From contig CBFFRP010000091.1 in the NCBI GenBank assembly GCA_965644295.1, positions 62,001 to 126,000 of the forward strand: a stretch of 64,000 nt of DNA. The letters are read 5' to 3'. The DNA comes from Paraphysomonas bandaiensis (lineage: Eukaryota; Protista; Chrysophyceae). The notes under the pieces were generated by a model that saw nothing but the letters and a program-made list of their open reading frames with translations, searched no databases and was not told where the DNA came from. A program made the translations under genes and the position numbers. Of this stretch, positions 9,579 through 23,312 are shown one piece after another (within the stretch, counting starts at the first letter, position 1; each line of letters opens with the position of its first letter).

Positions 9579-12500
9579 ATGCCACACAATGATGCCAGAT
9601 CTAGTTTGGAGTGTAGTTTTATCAATGGACTCATTATCCGTCTGCTCACTTCAGTCGATAAAGCGAACCCCACTTCTGACAGTGTGGATTTAGTAGCTAC
9701 GATATCGAAGATAGCAATTCATCGCATTCACACGGTTGCAACGGAGTTAGAGAAGTCACTGAGTGAGAAAGCTTGTGATTTTCATGCTATGCGATTTGTC
9801 GAGAACTCAAAGGAAAAGTATGATTTCTTGGAAGATATAATTCTTATAATGGATGTGATATATAAATCCTTGTTTAATTATTGTAATCGAATGTCGGAGG
9901 AATTGTGCGAAGTGGACTCCACACAGAGTCTTTCCAAGAATATGTGTTGTATGTTAATGAGTACAGTTGGTGGGGTCGTGTTCTTTCAGAGTCAATTCCA
10001 AGACCCTGAAATATCGTTTAGATTGAATCAGACTTGTGGTAAAATTATCGGGATATTGTCCGAAATGAACCAAGAGGCGGCATTGTTTCATTCTTCACAG
10101 GTTCTCAAAAAATGCTTGGAACCTCAAGCAGAAAATCGTGGGAACTTTTACACCCTTAAGTGTCTGTAATACCTTCGTCTGCGAACGGATGCAATGATGC
10201 AGTTGTTCGCCCATATCGCAGATTCCATTGATGCTCCCACCAATTCTGGGCGTTGGAAAAAGAATGCTATGCTTGATATGACAACGCCACTTCGACTATG
10301 TATACATCAATGGCTAGAACATGACCAGTGTGCTGTACGCACCATCTATTCTTATGAGAACGCCTCGTCAGATCACCCCAGCCTCAGGGCTCTGCTGTCT
10401 AAGCTCGAACCTTGGGCTTCAGGAGCTAAGAAGCGATCCTCGGTGTGGCCGTTAATGGTACTATTACTTGCTCTAATGCCTCATGCTTTCAAAACTGCAT
10501 ACGATCAGCTTCGTGCGACCAACCCTCCCGTAAGTTCGTCTAAGTTTACCCCTGAGGCTAGAATACTAAAGAAGACTCTGGAAAACCTCAAGCCTTCAGC
10601 GATGCAAAGTGTACTGCAGAAAGATTCAGCACTATTCACTGAGCTCTCCGTAATATCCCTGGTTCTTGTAATGAAAGTAGCAGCAACGTTACAACGACAT
10701 CTGACGTATGTCAGCACCAGCAATAGCTCCATGTATGGACAATCATATCATGCCCTGCAAACACGAACGTCCATGGTCAACCGCTCCTCATCTGGTGGGA
10801 CAGACAGTACGGTTGAGAATTGTTTGTCCGTTTTATGGGCATTCGTCACCCCTTCGTTAGAAAAACTAAGGGATATCATCTTTACTGGAACCTGCCCTTC
10901 GCATCAGTACTACAGTGCGATTGCAACCTCCCCATCTACTGTATATAACCATGTTCATAGTGGATACAGAGAAATTGGCGGAGTAAGAGACGCTGTGGTA
11001 GAGATCACTCCGGAATCCCTTCTCGATACTTATTTATGGTCGCTCTTTTATGGTGACCAGCCCAAATATCTACACTTAATGATGCGCCTCCATGGTCCAC
11101 ACACCTCACCTGCTGCACCATTTGCCCGCGTTGGCTCACTTCGTGCCTTGAGTTGCATTCTATCCAGTGACTATACTGATCGCCTAGGTCGTACTCCTAC
11201 TTGGCGATTAACAGCTGCATCGGAGGTGCGCACTGCTGTTCTAGACGTGATTGCGCAATTTCGCTTACAGTTTCTAAAAACCAATGAGCTGGTAGACAAA
11301 GAACGCGACATAATGATAAGTTTGGAAGACGGAAGTCACGACATGTGGCTGGACAACTTGGATGCTGTGCCTCTGTCACGTAAGATATCAGATCAGCAGG
11401 ACGCAAGGACTGATGCTGATCCTGATGTTGTTGCCGAGGTTCTGCGGGTGATAATAAAAAACCCCTGGTTTGTGTTTGTACGGAGGTCGCTGGACGAACA
11501 GACAAGCAATATTATATTACCAACTGTATTTACGTCACATTTGACTGTGCTGATACGGGATATCGTTGGGATAGTCTGTATGGAATCTGAAGAAGACAAC
11601 AAAATTGCTAACCTTGCCGAAGAGGCCCTGGTTGCTGTTGTCAGTACGAAGTATATCTGCCAGTGGACACCGAAAGATCCTTTCAACGGTGTGCTTAATA
11701 TTCACGCTATAGTTCTTAAGTATATATCTTGCGAACTACTCCATTGTGGCTCGACTGAGCGGTCTCGTACGATGCGCTTACTGCGTTGCATGTTGTGTCT
11801 TCTCACTAATGTAAATGAATACATTGGTGAGGAGGATTTGTTGCGCGGTGCAACGTCATCTACGGAGGTGGTATACGCTCTCGTTCATGTCGCTGTTAGT
11901 GCTGCAGAAGCAGCTATACTAATACACTTTTGTAGTGGGGATACTGAAATTATATCCCTTGCCTCTACATGTTTGGGGGCTTTATGTATTCATAATGAAT
12001 ATTTAGGCTCTATAGAGTGCCGCATCGTTGATAGCTCGGGACATTCTGACAAGTCAGTGTTGGATGGTCTGTATGTCCGTCCGTCGTCTGATGTATGGCC
12101 AGTCTACAGGGAGATGTCAGCCAGCACCGGCCATATTTTGTCTATAAAGCTTCAGCAGAAGAGTATACGATCCTATCTCTCGAGCATGCCATGTCGCACC
12201 CAGGGAATGAATTGGGCACTGTATGCGGTGATGCATCGATGGGTTGCATTTAACAAGTATATTCTTAACTCCAGTAATTACCCGATTTCCCAATACCAGA
12301 GTGTCGCATTTGATGAGTGGACTAATTACACTGGATTTTTGTGTGCCCTCGGTGATGGCCTTCAAAGTCTGCAACCCCCCTGCACTGATGACTACCTATC
12401 ACCCATTCTCTGCGCAGCGGCTACATCTGATGATGTCAATATGGGAACGTATGGCGATGTCGATGGCACGTCTACTCCGAATAGCAAGGGCTCTGATGTG

Positions 12501-15500
12501 GAAAGAGACTCGATGAGCTGTTTTTCACCTGAAATACTTGTTCGGAGCCTACTACATCTAATACTTCTTCAGCATACGGAAAAGAGGGTTGCAGTAGACG
12601 CGTTTATTGCTATCGGAATGTACCTCACACCGTCACTTATATATGTCCTTTTTCAAGAATTGTGTGTGCTGTTAGACTTACTGCTCGAGATTCTGACCAA
12701 GCGGTGTGAGGCGGGCACTCTATCTCCAGGGAAGAGAGCTGCACAATCGCCAAGCCCTAACAATTCAAGGAATATGATCAATGACTTTGATTCATTCATA
12801 TCAGACATGACAATAGGGCAAATTAATGGCTTCGTGAATGCCGTACTCACAATGCTGCAGTTAATTTTCGATAGAGAGTGGCAGAAGACGGTGACAGCCA
12901 CTGTTCCTGCAGTGACAACACGAGTAAGTGAAATATCCCCAAAAAAGGATAACAATGCCATTGTCGAACGGATGTTATATCGTGTAATTCTTATAGTCAT
13001 CAAACTTCAAAGACAGCTTGAGCTCGTGGATGCACATGTGGATAGTGGCCAACATACAATGCCAGGTGGTGGGGGTGGCAGCATTGGTGAAATGTATAAA
13101 ATCAGCCCCTCAGAACATTTCAGATTAAAGAAGAAAATTTCTGACTTACTGGAGACTTTTTTAATCAAACAGTCCAATTTGAAAACCACCACTGCATTTC
13201 GCATGAGAACCTTGAATGCTTTAATGGATTGGACCTACGATTGCGTTAGCCACTTGGAATCTATTCCGGAAGTAGTTCCCCCGAGTGTGGAGCCGCGCTC
13301 GACCATGTCGTCAAAGAGATTCGCTCGCACGTCTCAGCCGCGAGGTCACAAATTGAGGTGAAGGCTGTTATTGATGTTTTATTATGTGATTTTGATTGTG
13401 GTGTCTCAGAGCTCATCTTGATGGTGTTGGTGGTCCTTCTGCATCTGAATCGCATGCTACTACGAAATCAGCTTCTCGGGATACAGTCAGTAATGAAGAC
13501 GTATCTTTATATAAATCTACTGAACTGGCGTGTGTAAAAGCTGTATCAGAGTTGTTGCGTGGCTTGGAGTTAACAGTTGAAGCCGAGGATGACTCAACGG
13601 TGTTTTCACCCGCCCCATCTGCCAGCTTCAAGGTCGCTAAAAATGTGTCAGAAGTTGACAAGAAGTCGAAAGTTTTCTTCAAATATTTCCATGTCCTCCA
13701 AAGCTTGTTATTAAGTTCATTTCAACGTGACACTGTCGGCAAAAACGAGCTCTCTGCTGTCACAACAGAAGCGCTATGTAATTTGCTTCATGCTAACATG
13801 GGTAGAATCGTAACTACATATAATGTGATGTATTGACACTTACATACAGGAATTGGCCTCAAACACATGGTGGAAGCGGCAAGCATTCATGAGAACCAGA
13901 TATTGCGCGGAGCACTTCTTCGAGTGTTCGCTGAGGTTCTCTCTCGTCGTGTTGATATGAGCTTTGGATCCGATCCGAAGATCCCATCTTACGAAGATGC
14001 CCTGTATGAGCTTATGGAAATGCTTCTATCCAACGATCGTGAACTTGCTAGGTTACTCTGCGTTTCTGCGCGGGGAAAAGAAGCAGAAGAGGTGTCGAGA
14101 AATGTACTTCTGGTGTTTGAATCTCACAATAGTACGAGTGTTTTGAAGCTATTGGACTGGACAATTGAGCACGAGGTTATGCACACAGCACGCTTGGGCT
14201 CCTTGTTTCGTAGCGAGAGTATGGGAACAAAGCTCATGGGGTCTTACTTTAGTACCAAGGGGAGGGAGTACTTGGCGGAGGTACTGACACCTCCAATACA
14301 AACATACCTTGCAGCGTCTCCAAACCTTGAGGTAGATCCCAACAAGGGAGTAGATGCCGCGAGTATTCCTGATAACATGGAAAACCTTCAAACTCACACG
14401 CAGGCGTTTTTAGATGCTATCGTTGGCTCGACAAACAAATGTCCCATGGGACTGAAGCACATATTGAGAGTCTTGAGAGAGGAGACTGTAAGAAGGTTTA
14501 GTGCGACTGAAGGTTGTGATCGAATAGCTGTGGCAGGATACATGTTTCTTCGATTCTTTTGTCCTGCGATTGCCATGCCTGGAAAGTTTGGTTTAACCCC
14601 GTCTAGTAGCTCACAACTAAATAGGCAGCAGTCGCGAGGGCTTCTGCTTATCGCTAAAATACTGCAGAACTTGGCAAATGGCACCCATTTTTTCGAAGAA
14701 TGTATGGAAGCATTAAATCCATGGATAGATCGACACGCCACTGTCATTGCTTACTTTTCGTATGAGATATCGACGGAGGATTGCATTCACAGCTGCTCGG
14801 AAGATATTAGGAGGCAATCGCAGGAAGGACGAGAAACTGATGACTGCGAAAAGAATCCGGATGAAATAAAGGAGGGTGTAGACGATGCAGATAGTGACTC
14901 CAGCGTAGACGAGGAAGAAGATGCTTTTGCTATCCACAGCAGAATGCCTAAAAATATAGGTACAAATAAGATACCTGCCGAAGGTGATGATGGGTCTCGT
15001 ACCCTGAGTGAAGAACAGCAAGGGGCGCTGATATCTATTCATAAGTTTCTTTTCCTTAACCAGGAGCGAATGGAGAGAATTCTAGCACCGGCAATTCAGG
15101 TAATTATATGGTATGTCAGTTTGTTAGATTAAAATGTGCTAGGTGGACAACGTTACTGAAGTTACATCCCATGGTACTGGTGGAGATATATCGACTCAGG
15201 TTGTGGGTCGACCGCGAAGTGTCCAACAACAGTTTGGTGGGCATTACACTGACTATCCTGTGATCAAGGACAAGCTAATGGATCTGATGTCTCGACTTGG
15301 TGAGCCTCCAGAGGAGCAAGATGACAGCGGAGATTCGGATGCTGGGTTTAAGGCAGCTTGCCGATCAGACAGCACAGCCTCAGAATGCGCTACGTTTATG
15401 GCGGAGTTGGAATGTCGGCCTCGTTTTGCCCTTGCAGTGGAGGCAGTACGGAATATGAGCATCTTTTATAGTGCCCCACCACCGACACCCAATAGTTCTA

Positions 15501-18500
15501 GTGCAAGCATGAGTTTTTTCTTCATTTGTAGACGCGTGATATCCGAAACCGATCCCGCAGTTTTGTTGTACATCATGGTCAATGACATCCGAGATGCTGT
15601 TAAGGTGATACGTACTTTCGGATTTATAGTGTGCTGATGTGTTTTTACAGAATGGTTTTTCTTTCGATATAATCATTGACAGCAGCTCTTTCAATACTGA
15701 CGCGGAACTTCCGGTGAGTTTTTAGGCTTTTTATATGACAATTTAAACTGTTGTTTGAAACTGTCGCAGATGTGGTCATATTCTGTGTTTTGGGGGAAGT
15801 TAAAATCTTTTCTCGGAAATGTATGCAGTCGAAGCCTGCGTAAGGTCTACGTGATGTACCCATCTATTGTGGTTGTTATGTCGGTAAGTATGCGTTTGTA
15901 ACTGGTGTCATGAACTGACAATGAGAAGGCGCGTAAAGTTCTGAAGAAGTGGGGCGTGAAAACTCGGTCTGTGATGGACAAAGTTGAAGTTCTCACTCCG
16001 TCCCAGTTGCTTCAAAAACAACCTCATTTGTCGGACAAAATTCCATCTTCGACATGCAGCATAGAGTCAGGGTCTCAAAAGAAGTGGCATGCAATGCTTC
16101 ATGAAAGGTAGGGAGGCAACTACTTGCAATCTTTTCATTTTATCTTTCATAGGGAGGTTACCTTGTGTATAAGTGGACCTCTGCTGATAGTTCAGACCGC
16201 TGACAAATTCGGAGGGGTGGATTACAAGCGTTCTGATATACTCTCGTTGCTTTTAATTGACAACGTGTCTGCTGGGACTGTGAAGCCACCACCCACGAAG
16301 AGGCTTGGGGTTGTGCAAGCAGATGCAATCAAAAGAAAGTTTGCAATGCAATCGAAGAACAGCTCCGGTATATTTGACCAGGCCGTTGTTATCACGTACA
16401 CGGCTTCACAGTCAACTAGAACCTTGAAATTATATTGTTCTCATGGTGCGAGTTTTCTGTCGGCGTTAAGGTGTGAACTGTGTTGGCTATTGTCCATGGT
16501 GATAATGTTTTTTGCTAGCGTTGCTCTCACTCAAGTACGCCAGCAACGAGCCCTCGAGGAAGCATCGAAGTGGGCAGGTACAAGAGTAATTAGACCTGAT
16601 GCTATTCCTGGTATGCTCTTGCATGTCTCCCTGCTTAATCTGTTCAGTGAGACACCGGTAAGTCGTTTCGCAACGCTGTTCTCTTGCAGGTATGGTAAGT
16701 ACTTTACTTTTAGGCCACTCGAAAAGCGTCGTTTTTGCTTCTCTGCCAGATGAAGGAGACATATCACTTGCCAGTTGCTCTTCCTACAGATCCCTCTGAT
16801 ATCAATGCACTGTTCATTCCAACTAATCTATTGCATTTTGCGCAGTCAGTGTCAACAGGTATTGCACTCTGGAATGGACACACGTAAATAACGTGTTTTA
16901 TATAGATATAGCTGCCTCCAGTCCTGAGTACGGGAAAGAATTTCTGTATGAATGCTTCCAGGCAATCAAGAGAAGTGTGACAAGGAAATCACAAAAGATG
17001 GCTGTGGCAATATATTTAGCTCCATGGCTACCCTTGCTTGAGCTCTTCTACCAACAGTGTGTACAGAGTTCAAGTGGAGGTGGAGAAGGAGATGCTACGG
17101 GCGTACTATCTTTGCCACGACTATCTGAACAAAAATATCGGAGGAGAAGTACTTCTTTTGCTGTCTTGCTATTTACGCTGATTATATTTTTTTCAGTGTC
17201 ATCGGGTGTTGATAGAGTAAATATGATGTCCCCCAGCTTAATGCCAGCTATTACTCCGACAAGAAGACCATCCACTAATTCGACGTCTTTCCTCTACACT
17301 AACATGGTTGCATCGTCCGCTGTAACGCCTCAAGCAAGCACACCTCGGATAGAAGACTCGAAAGACATCAACCTAAATGCCATGGGTGGGCGTGTTATAG
17401 ACACCTCATTGGAGGAAATGTTAGCTGACATAGAGGAATTATTTGAGGCTAGTTTGATGTGACAATGCGCTTTATCAGTTGACGCTGTTTTAATTATCAG
17501 ATATCTCTTATAGCTGCCAGTGATGACGGTGCCGTTGGAGCAGTAGTATGTGTGGAGATATGGGATGTCGTAGCAACGATGCCAGTTCTGTCATCATTGG
17601 CTCTTAAATATTTCCTCAAAAGGTTGATGGTGCATTTTGCGAAAGAGTGTGGTTACATCGTATTGTAGATGGAGGATTGAAGCCAGATCGCGGTGTATGA
17701 CCAACAAGCTCTCGACTGCAAGGGATACCAGATCTAGCACTATTGTTCCTGGTCCAGCTAGCCGGTGTGTTATGCAAGATGTTCACGTTAGAATCTTATA
17801 TCTGTTGCTCAGGAAAGGGTCCACTGCAAGCTCTGGGGGCTCTATGACGGGGCGTTCATTCTCCTTCCTCGCCCATCAATCTCCTCCAGCTACTGGAACA
17901 TCAGGCTCAAATATACCATTCAGTACACCAGAGCTTTCCTCTTCAACCGACTCAAATAGAGCGTCTGTTTTGAATCAGAAATCGTTCTATGATATTCAAG
18001 GGGAATGTGCATATTGTACGACCATGTGCGAGGTGGTGGGTGTATTAACGAAGATATTCCCGGTGTGTAGATGCCTATATTTAAGTATCTTTTTACTTAG
18101 TCGTTTTACAGGTTGCTCTATGCAACCTCTTGGTGGATGAAATTCATTCCATTCTTAGCAGTGTGATTGACATCAGAAAGTCAAAGGAGAAGCTAGCTTC
18201 TACACGACCACGGCACACTACCTTTGATACACCATCTCCTCCATCCAATAACCCTAAACAAGATCCGCCTGATGACGACGTTTCGAGCTCCGATATGAAT
18301 TCTGCTAAACCCCGGTCCACAGACATCCCAGAATCTGTCCTTGAAGGGGTCCATCTATTTTTTGACCCACCTACTGATTCCAAACGAAGCTCCCCAGGTA
18401 CACCAAGTGCACATATGTCATTCGATGCTAACATGGGTTTCAAAGGTGCGGATTCCGCCGACCATACCTTTCGAAGTAAGACAAGACGGTCTTCTCAAAA

Positions 18501-20902
18501 AGATGAGGATGGTGATAGTGAATCAGAACAATGGGTTGAAATCGTTGCTCTGTTGCGCCCGTTGTTGTACATGATATTTCAAAACGCCCCCCTGTTGGTA
18601 CACTGCATTCCTACTATTTTACACATGTGCATTTCATTGGTATCACTTGGACCCATTGCAGTTCTTCCATACGTACATGCGGTAATGAGTTCTGCAGTCT
18701 ATGCTCTCGTGTCGTGCTCATCAGCTGAGACTTTGCCTGTTGCTGATGTACCTTCGGAGAGCGATACTTCGAGTCCAGTTGTTCCACCTACCTCGCCGGT
18801 TACTTCTCCCAGACAATCACACAAGGACATGTCTTTCGAATCTTTCGATGCGAATTCAGGAGCTGTTGGTGATGATTATGAGTTTCTATCCCATTGTACC
18901 GCGGAATGTGTGCAGATGTGGAGATCCACTCTTGCAGAACTTAATAGTGATACATTCCAGTTGATATTCAACAAAGCACCGACCTTAACAATGAATAACA
19001 TGGAGCGTGTTGTAACCACTGTCACTGGCATTGCTCAGTCATCACTTTCAGACCTATGTAAGAGGTGGCGGGAGAGTTTGTGGACGTTGTCATTGCAATC
19101 TGCGGCGAAAACTTTATACTACTGCAAACACTCGTCGTTTTTCTTAGTACTAGGGTGTCTGGTTGAGTCGGAGAAGGATGTAGACTGCACGTTGCTCAAA
19201 ATTGTGTACGAGTCACTCATGTGTATAGTGGACAATTGCATGCAGGTGGGTGCATCTGAAAAGCTTGAATCACTTATACGTCCCATCCTGATATGTTTGA
19301 GCAAGATTGTACCACATTTACCTCTGTTAAGAATTCAAGAACTGTTTTGGTTTTCAGTTCTTCTAATCCTAATTCTGCCTGTGTCCTTTTTACCTGGTCC
19401 TATTTATCTGCTGCACGAGATAGTAGTGGAATTACTGGGACGCTGCAAGCCATCTCAAGATATCGAGGAGGCTCTTTTGAAGGTCAGGCTAGACAACCAG
19501 TGCATTTTGAAGATATTTATGAAATTAGAAGATGGAGGTGTGATTGGTGTGTCTTTCGCATCAAGTTTTTCTACCTCCTTGGCTAGTACACTCATCCGAG
19601 GTCTCCAAGTACCGGATACACGAACTCGAGATATAACCGAGAAAGTTCTTACTCTGATGATGGAGCATTATCAACAGCGAGACGTCAACGTCAAAGGGGG
19701 CTCTGTTAAGCGTGGACTCTCAGGGTATTCGGCTGTTTTACTTGCGCTTTGGGGAGATATCTCCGCTGTATCACAGCCAATGGGTGTAGATGAAGTTATC
19801 GATCGTCGCCGCTCGACGCCTCCGCCGACATCAAGTATGCGTGCACGGAGTGCCAGTAGGCTCACGAGACAGCCCTCTATGCTTCCTGACGATCCGATAT
19901 TGCGTCCGGGGACTAGACAACGCTCATCTTCTACTCCTGCTTTACGGGACAAGTCAGTTCCTTTAGCTCCTATATCCTTCTTCAGCGATCACAATTTTCC
20001 CACCAATAAATCTGTGGTTTTGTTCGTCGTGACATTACTATCTTTTGTTCGAGGAAATGTAATCATGGAGAGTGAGCAGGTGTTTATATTAACACTTCTG
20101 CTTCAAACCATACGGGAGCTTCCCGCTGTCCTTGCCATGCTGTACGAAATAGTATTTTCTGAACTGTCAGCGGCCTATAATGCGTCTTTGTGCAAGGAAG
20201 GTGCACTTCCGTCTGCAATATTCGATGTGCTCAATGAGTGCTTGATGAGTGCTTACAAAAGCACTGCTCCGCTGTCGGACGCATCTGGTGGCGAGGGTAG
20301 CGTATCGTCCGAGATTGATGCAGACGTTCCAAGAGGTGTAGTTCTCAGTGTGCGTAGTGCGTCCTCTGAATCAGTGCTGACCACCGGCACAGAGTCACGT
20401 CCATTTGGTGCTTTGTCGAAATTATTGCCCCGCGGGGGAGTTTACAGTGGACAGACGGAGCTGCCTGCTTCCTGCCCTTCCACAATGCTTCGAGACAGTG
20501 ACATCGAAGAGATCGTCCCTGATGCGTACATAACTCATGACAGTATCGACTCTCAGGATGCTGAGCTTTCTCTGAGACGACGCGTAGTCGAAACATCAGT
20601 TAGTGGAAAACGAGGCAGCGTGAGCGAGACTTACCTAAAGGAATTACAATTCCCTGGTTTGTTGGAAGGCCCGCATAATTACGCTCTGAATCCACGTGGG
20701 AGTTGCACCTGTGCTTCCACAGAACCAGAATCTGATGAACGAGTATTGTGCGCGTTGTGTGTTAGAGTTAGGGAGTCGAGAAAAACGGTAAATATATTAT
20801 TCCAGTAATCTTTGTTAAAATTGTAATATTTTATTGCAGCTCTCATCAGCGGTGTGGACACTGCTTCGGGGTTTTTTGAGTACCGTTGCGAATGAAAAGT
20901 AG
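9579..20902 (+). CDS. NF1: Neurofibromin (NF1/IRA)-like RasGAP, multi-exon, with one in-frame TAA at 10167-10169
   Basis: RasGAP motifs LFRSESMGTKLM, MFLRFFCPAI, AKILQNLAN. NF1-like WPLMVLLL, EWTNYTGFLCALG, IRPDAIPGMLLHVSLLNL, YLAPWLP. Sec14-like and PH-like exons follow the GAP domain. Last exon ends ...VANEK-TAG at 20902. Confidence 0.88.
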
Positions 20903-21545
20903 CTTGGTGCATGGATATCTGTACAGTCTCCTGTGTAATTTGACAAGAATCTCTCATATACATCTCACTTTTAGTGTATTTATACGGAACTCGTCGATAG
21001 TTTGTGTAAACTTTTCATTCTTTTGAACAGTTAAATTTGTATATGAGTCCTTATTTAGTCTGCGCTATGAATGATGGCACGATGTATTGATAGCTCGTTA
21101 CTAGAGGAATAAAAAGTATATATATGAAACTATACATATTGGAAGCAAATAAATTCCTTTTATAATATCTTTCACAAGCAAGGAGCTAGTTGTTAGTGTA
21201 GATTATTATAGCTGGCGCATTATTTTTTGATGATCTACTACAATACATGAATTGTCGATGGCATTGGTAGCTGTGTATACACCATACGCCGAATAAAACA
21301 TCTTACTATTGAATGGGTGTCACTAAATGGCAGGCAACGTGTTAGATTCTAAGTGGGTATGTGCAATACTACTGCCTATCTCGTTACTTCGAAACACCTG
21401 TCCACAGTGATATATTTTGTGAAAACCATCCGTGCCCCTCCGGGCTCCGGAACTGCTTGTGAATCACCGTTATCACATGATGCAATACCATTAACGGTCC
21501 ACATGGGTTGATGAAGTGCAGATTGATTGTTTGGAGGAGTGAAAT

Positions 21546-21621
21546 CACTGGCAGTCTTAAGAGGATGACACTTAGGGGCAGTTCACTGACAGTCTTAAAA
21601 GGATGATACTTAAGGGGAGTT
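21546..21621. repeat. Two-copy 38-bp tandem repeat
   Basis: cactggcagtcttaagaggatgacacttaggggcagtt followed by cactgacagtcttaaaaggatgatacttaaggggagtt. Confidence 0.85.
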
Positions 21622-22009
21622 GAGCACCACTATTAGTAGTCTAGTGATACTAGCCATCCTATAGCACTCCATGTTGATGTTCTCACTTTTAGCTCATAGC
21701 ACCGGAAACTCGACGTCTCCCGTCTTGTAACTGACCTTGGATCCAAGCTTTGAGGCCTGTCGTGAGAAAATTCTCCATTGTTGAGATGATCTCCCTCGTG
21801 ATTACGGTGGTGTCTTTGAATCAGAGCATTGCGTCGAATGAATACCATTTCCCCTTGTTGTTGTACCTTTGCGTGTACTCGTTCAGTAATGATCAGATGT
21901 AGAGTATCGCACATATCCAGGCTAAGAAACCGAAGCGGAGTAAAGTCGTAAAAAATGTCTGCTTCTAGCTTTGGATATTTCATTTAACTGTTGACTTGTG
22001 CTTGTGCAG

Positions 22010-22420
22010 GTGTACCACCATGAAGAAGTAATTACAATCGAGGATGGGGGCGATTCTCATCTACCTCCTCCCTACCAACAGGATGCTGTGATCAAAGAGT
22101 TGATACAGTAACTGAAAGAGTTCAAGGCTACATGTAAAGAGATGAGAGTAGAAATGAAGCAAATCATATCAAGCGAAGAAATGGCTCCCTCACCTGTACA
22201 GCAGGCCCCTCCTGTTCAGCCTTCTATTGTTGGTGCTTCCGAACCACCTGCATCTCCTACCATTCCTGTGCCTCCTACTATTCTTCTTGGTGCTTTTGGT
22301 GATACTGGCGGGCCTCCTGTACCTCAAACTGTTCATTTTGGTGATGTCATGCATGGTACACTTAATTCATGTATATATGTGTCTGCATTGCGAGAACAAA
22401 ATGATGATAAGTTGCAATGA
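22010..22420 (+). pseudogene. Relic Pro-rich coding fragment with an internal TAA (22109-22111)
   Basis: Splice acceptor tgtgcag, then a protein-like frame EEVITIEDGG...ELIQ*LKEFK...PSPVQQAPP. No recognisable family. Confidence 0.4.
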
Positions 22421-22810
22421 TTGAATAATGCTGAAAAGAAGAATTTGCTATATGAGAACCTAGTGCTACAGAAGTACTACAGTATATATATACGATAGTA
22501 AAGCCCTAATCTTTTAATAATAATTAGCCTCAAAACTATGATATTATTTACTAGTGTTAAAATAAAACAATGTCATATCGTATATCTACTTTCCACTATA
22601 AACAAAGCGTGGTAAAATCACTTTACCAGGCGTCATGATCACATCGACTTAACATCACATCTGCATCCCCTGTTGAACGGTTTGCGCTTTTTTCATGACA
22701 TCAGATATGTCCTTCACGATTGACTTTGAGGGCGTCACTGAGGTATTTGTTTGAACGCAAGATGGACGCATGGAACTCTCGGTGATCCATCTTTACTTAG
22801 ATTCGGAGTT

Positions 22811-23039
22811 TCAGGATAGATCTCCTCTTCTGTTTTCATATATATACTTCTTTTTTCTCACTTCAATCGATCCACCAAACAGTTGGTCGTTACCATGACT
22901 GTAGAGCAGTTTGAATAGAACACGCAAACAACGAGGGAGATGGGAATGGAATGACCTTACCCGGCCATACCCCAGCCGGCCCAGTAATCCATGTCCTCAG
23001 CGCTGGGATATTCAGTAATCCAAATGTCATGGCTGACAC
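22811..23039 (-). pseudogene. Two-exon gene fragment or tiny gene (…DYWAGWGMAG|HGNDQLFGGSIEV…)
   Basis: Canonical-looking intron 22899-22960 (GTAAGG...CTACAG) joins two open frames. No clear 5' exon. Confidence 0.35.
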
Positions 23040-23312
23040 CTGTTTAAAGATATTCGGATATAAGAATCGATGCAAGACGTATGTGGTAGAGTAAATATCT
23101 TTCGATCTAATTTTAAAAAACCATATTCAAGTTGCGTTTCTATCAGTAAAGCTGTAATTATATTAGTATCGAAAAAAATCGGTGATTACAACCACAATAT
23201 CATACATAATATCGAAATATGTAGCCAGTATGAATATAAAAATCCTACAAATAGTTATCACTTCATCAAATATGGATTGTTAAGTGTCCTCCAGTATTCC
23301 CGCCACCCGAAA

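Noticed and set aside
21546-21621. CRISPR-like repeat
   Set aside because: Only two adjacent copies with no spacer, no cas genes, and a eukaryotic context.
10167-22111. Genome-wide TAA=Gln recoding, suggested by in-frame TAAs at 10167 and 22109
   Set aside because: TAA appears to terminate several intact genes (31781, 38509, 23313, 62924, pol), TAG ends PP2A right after DYFL, and other conserved genes have no internal stops.
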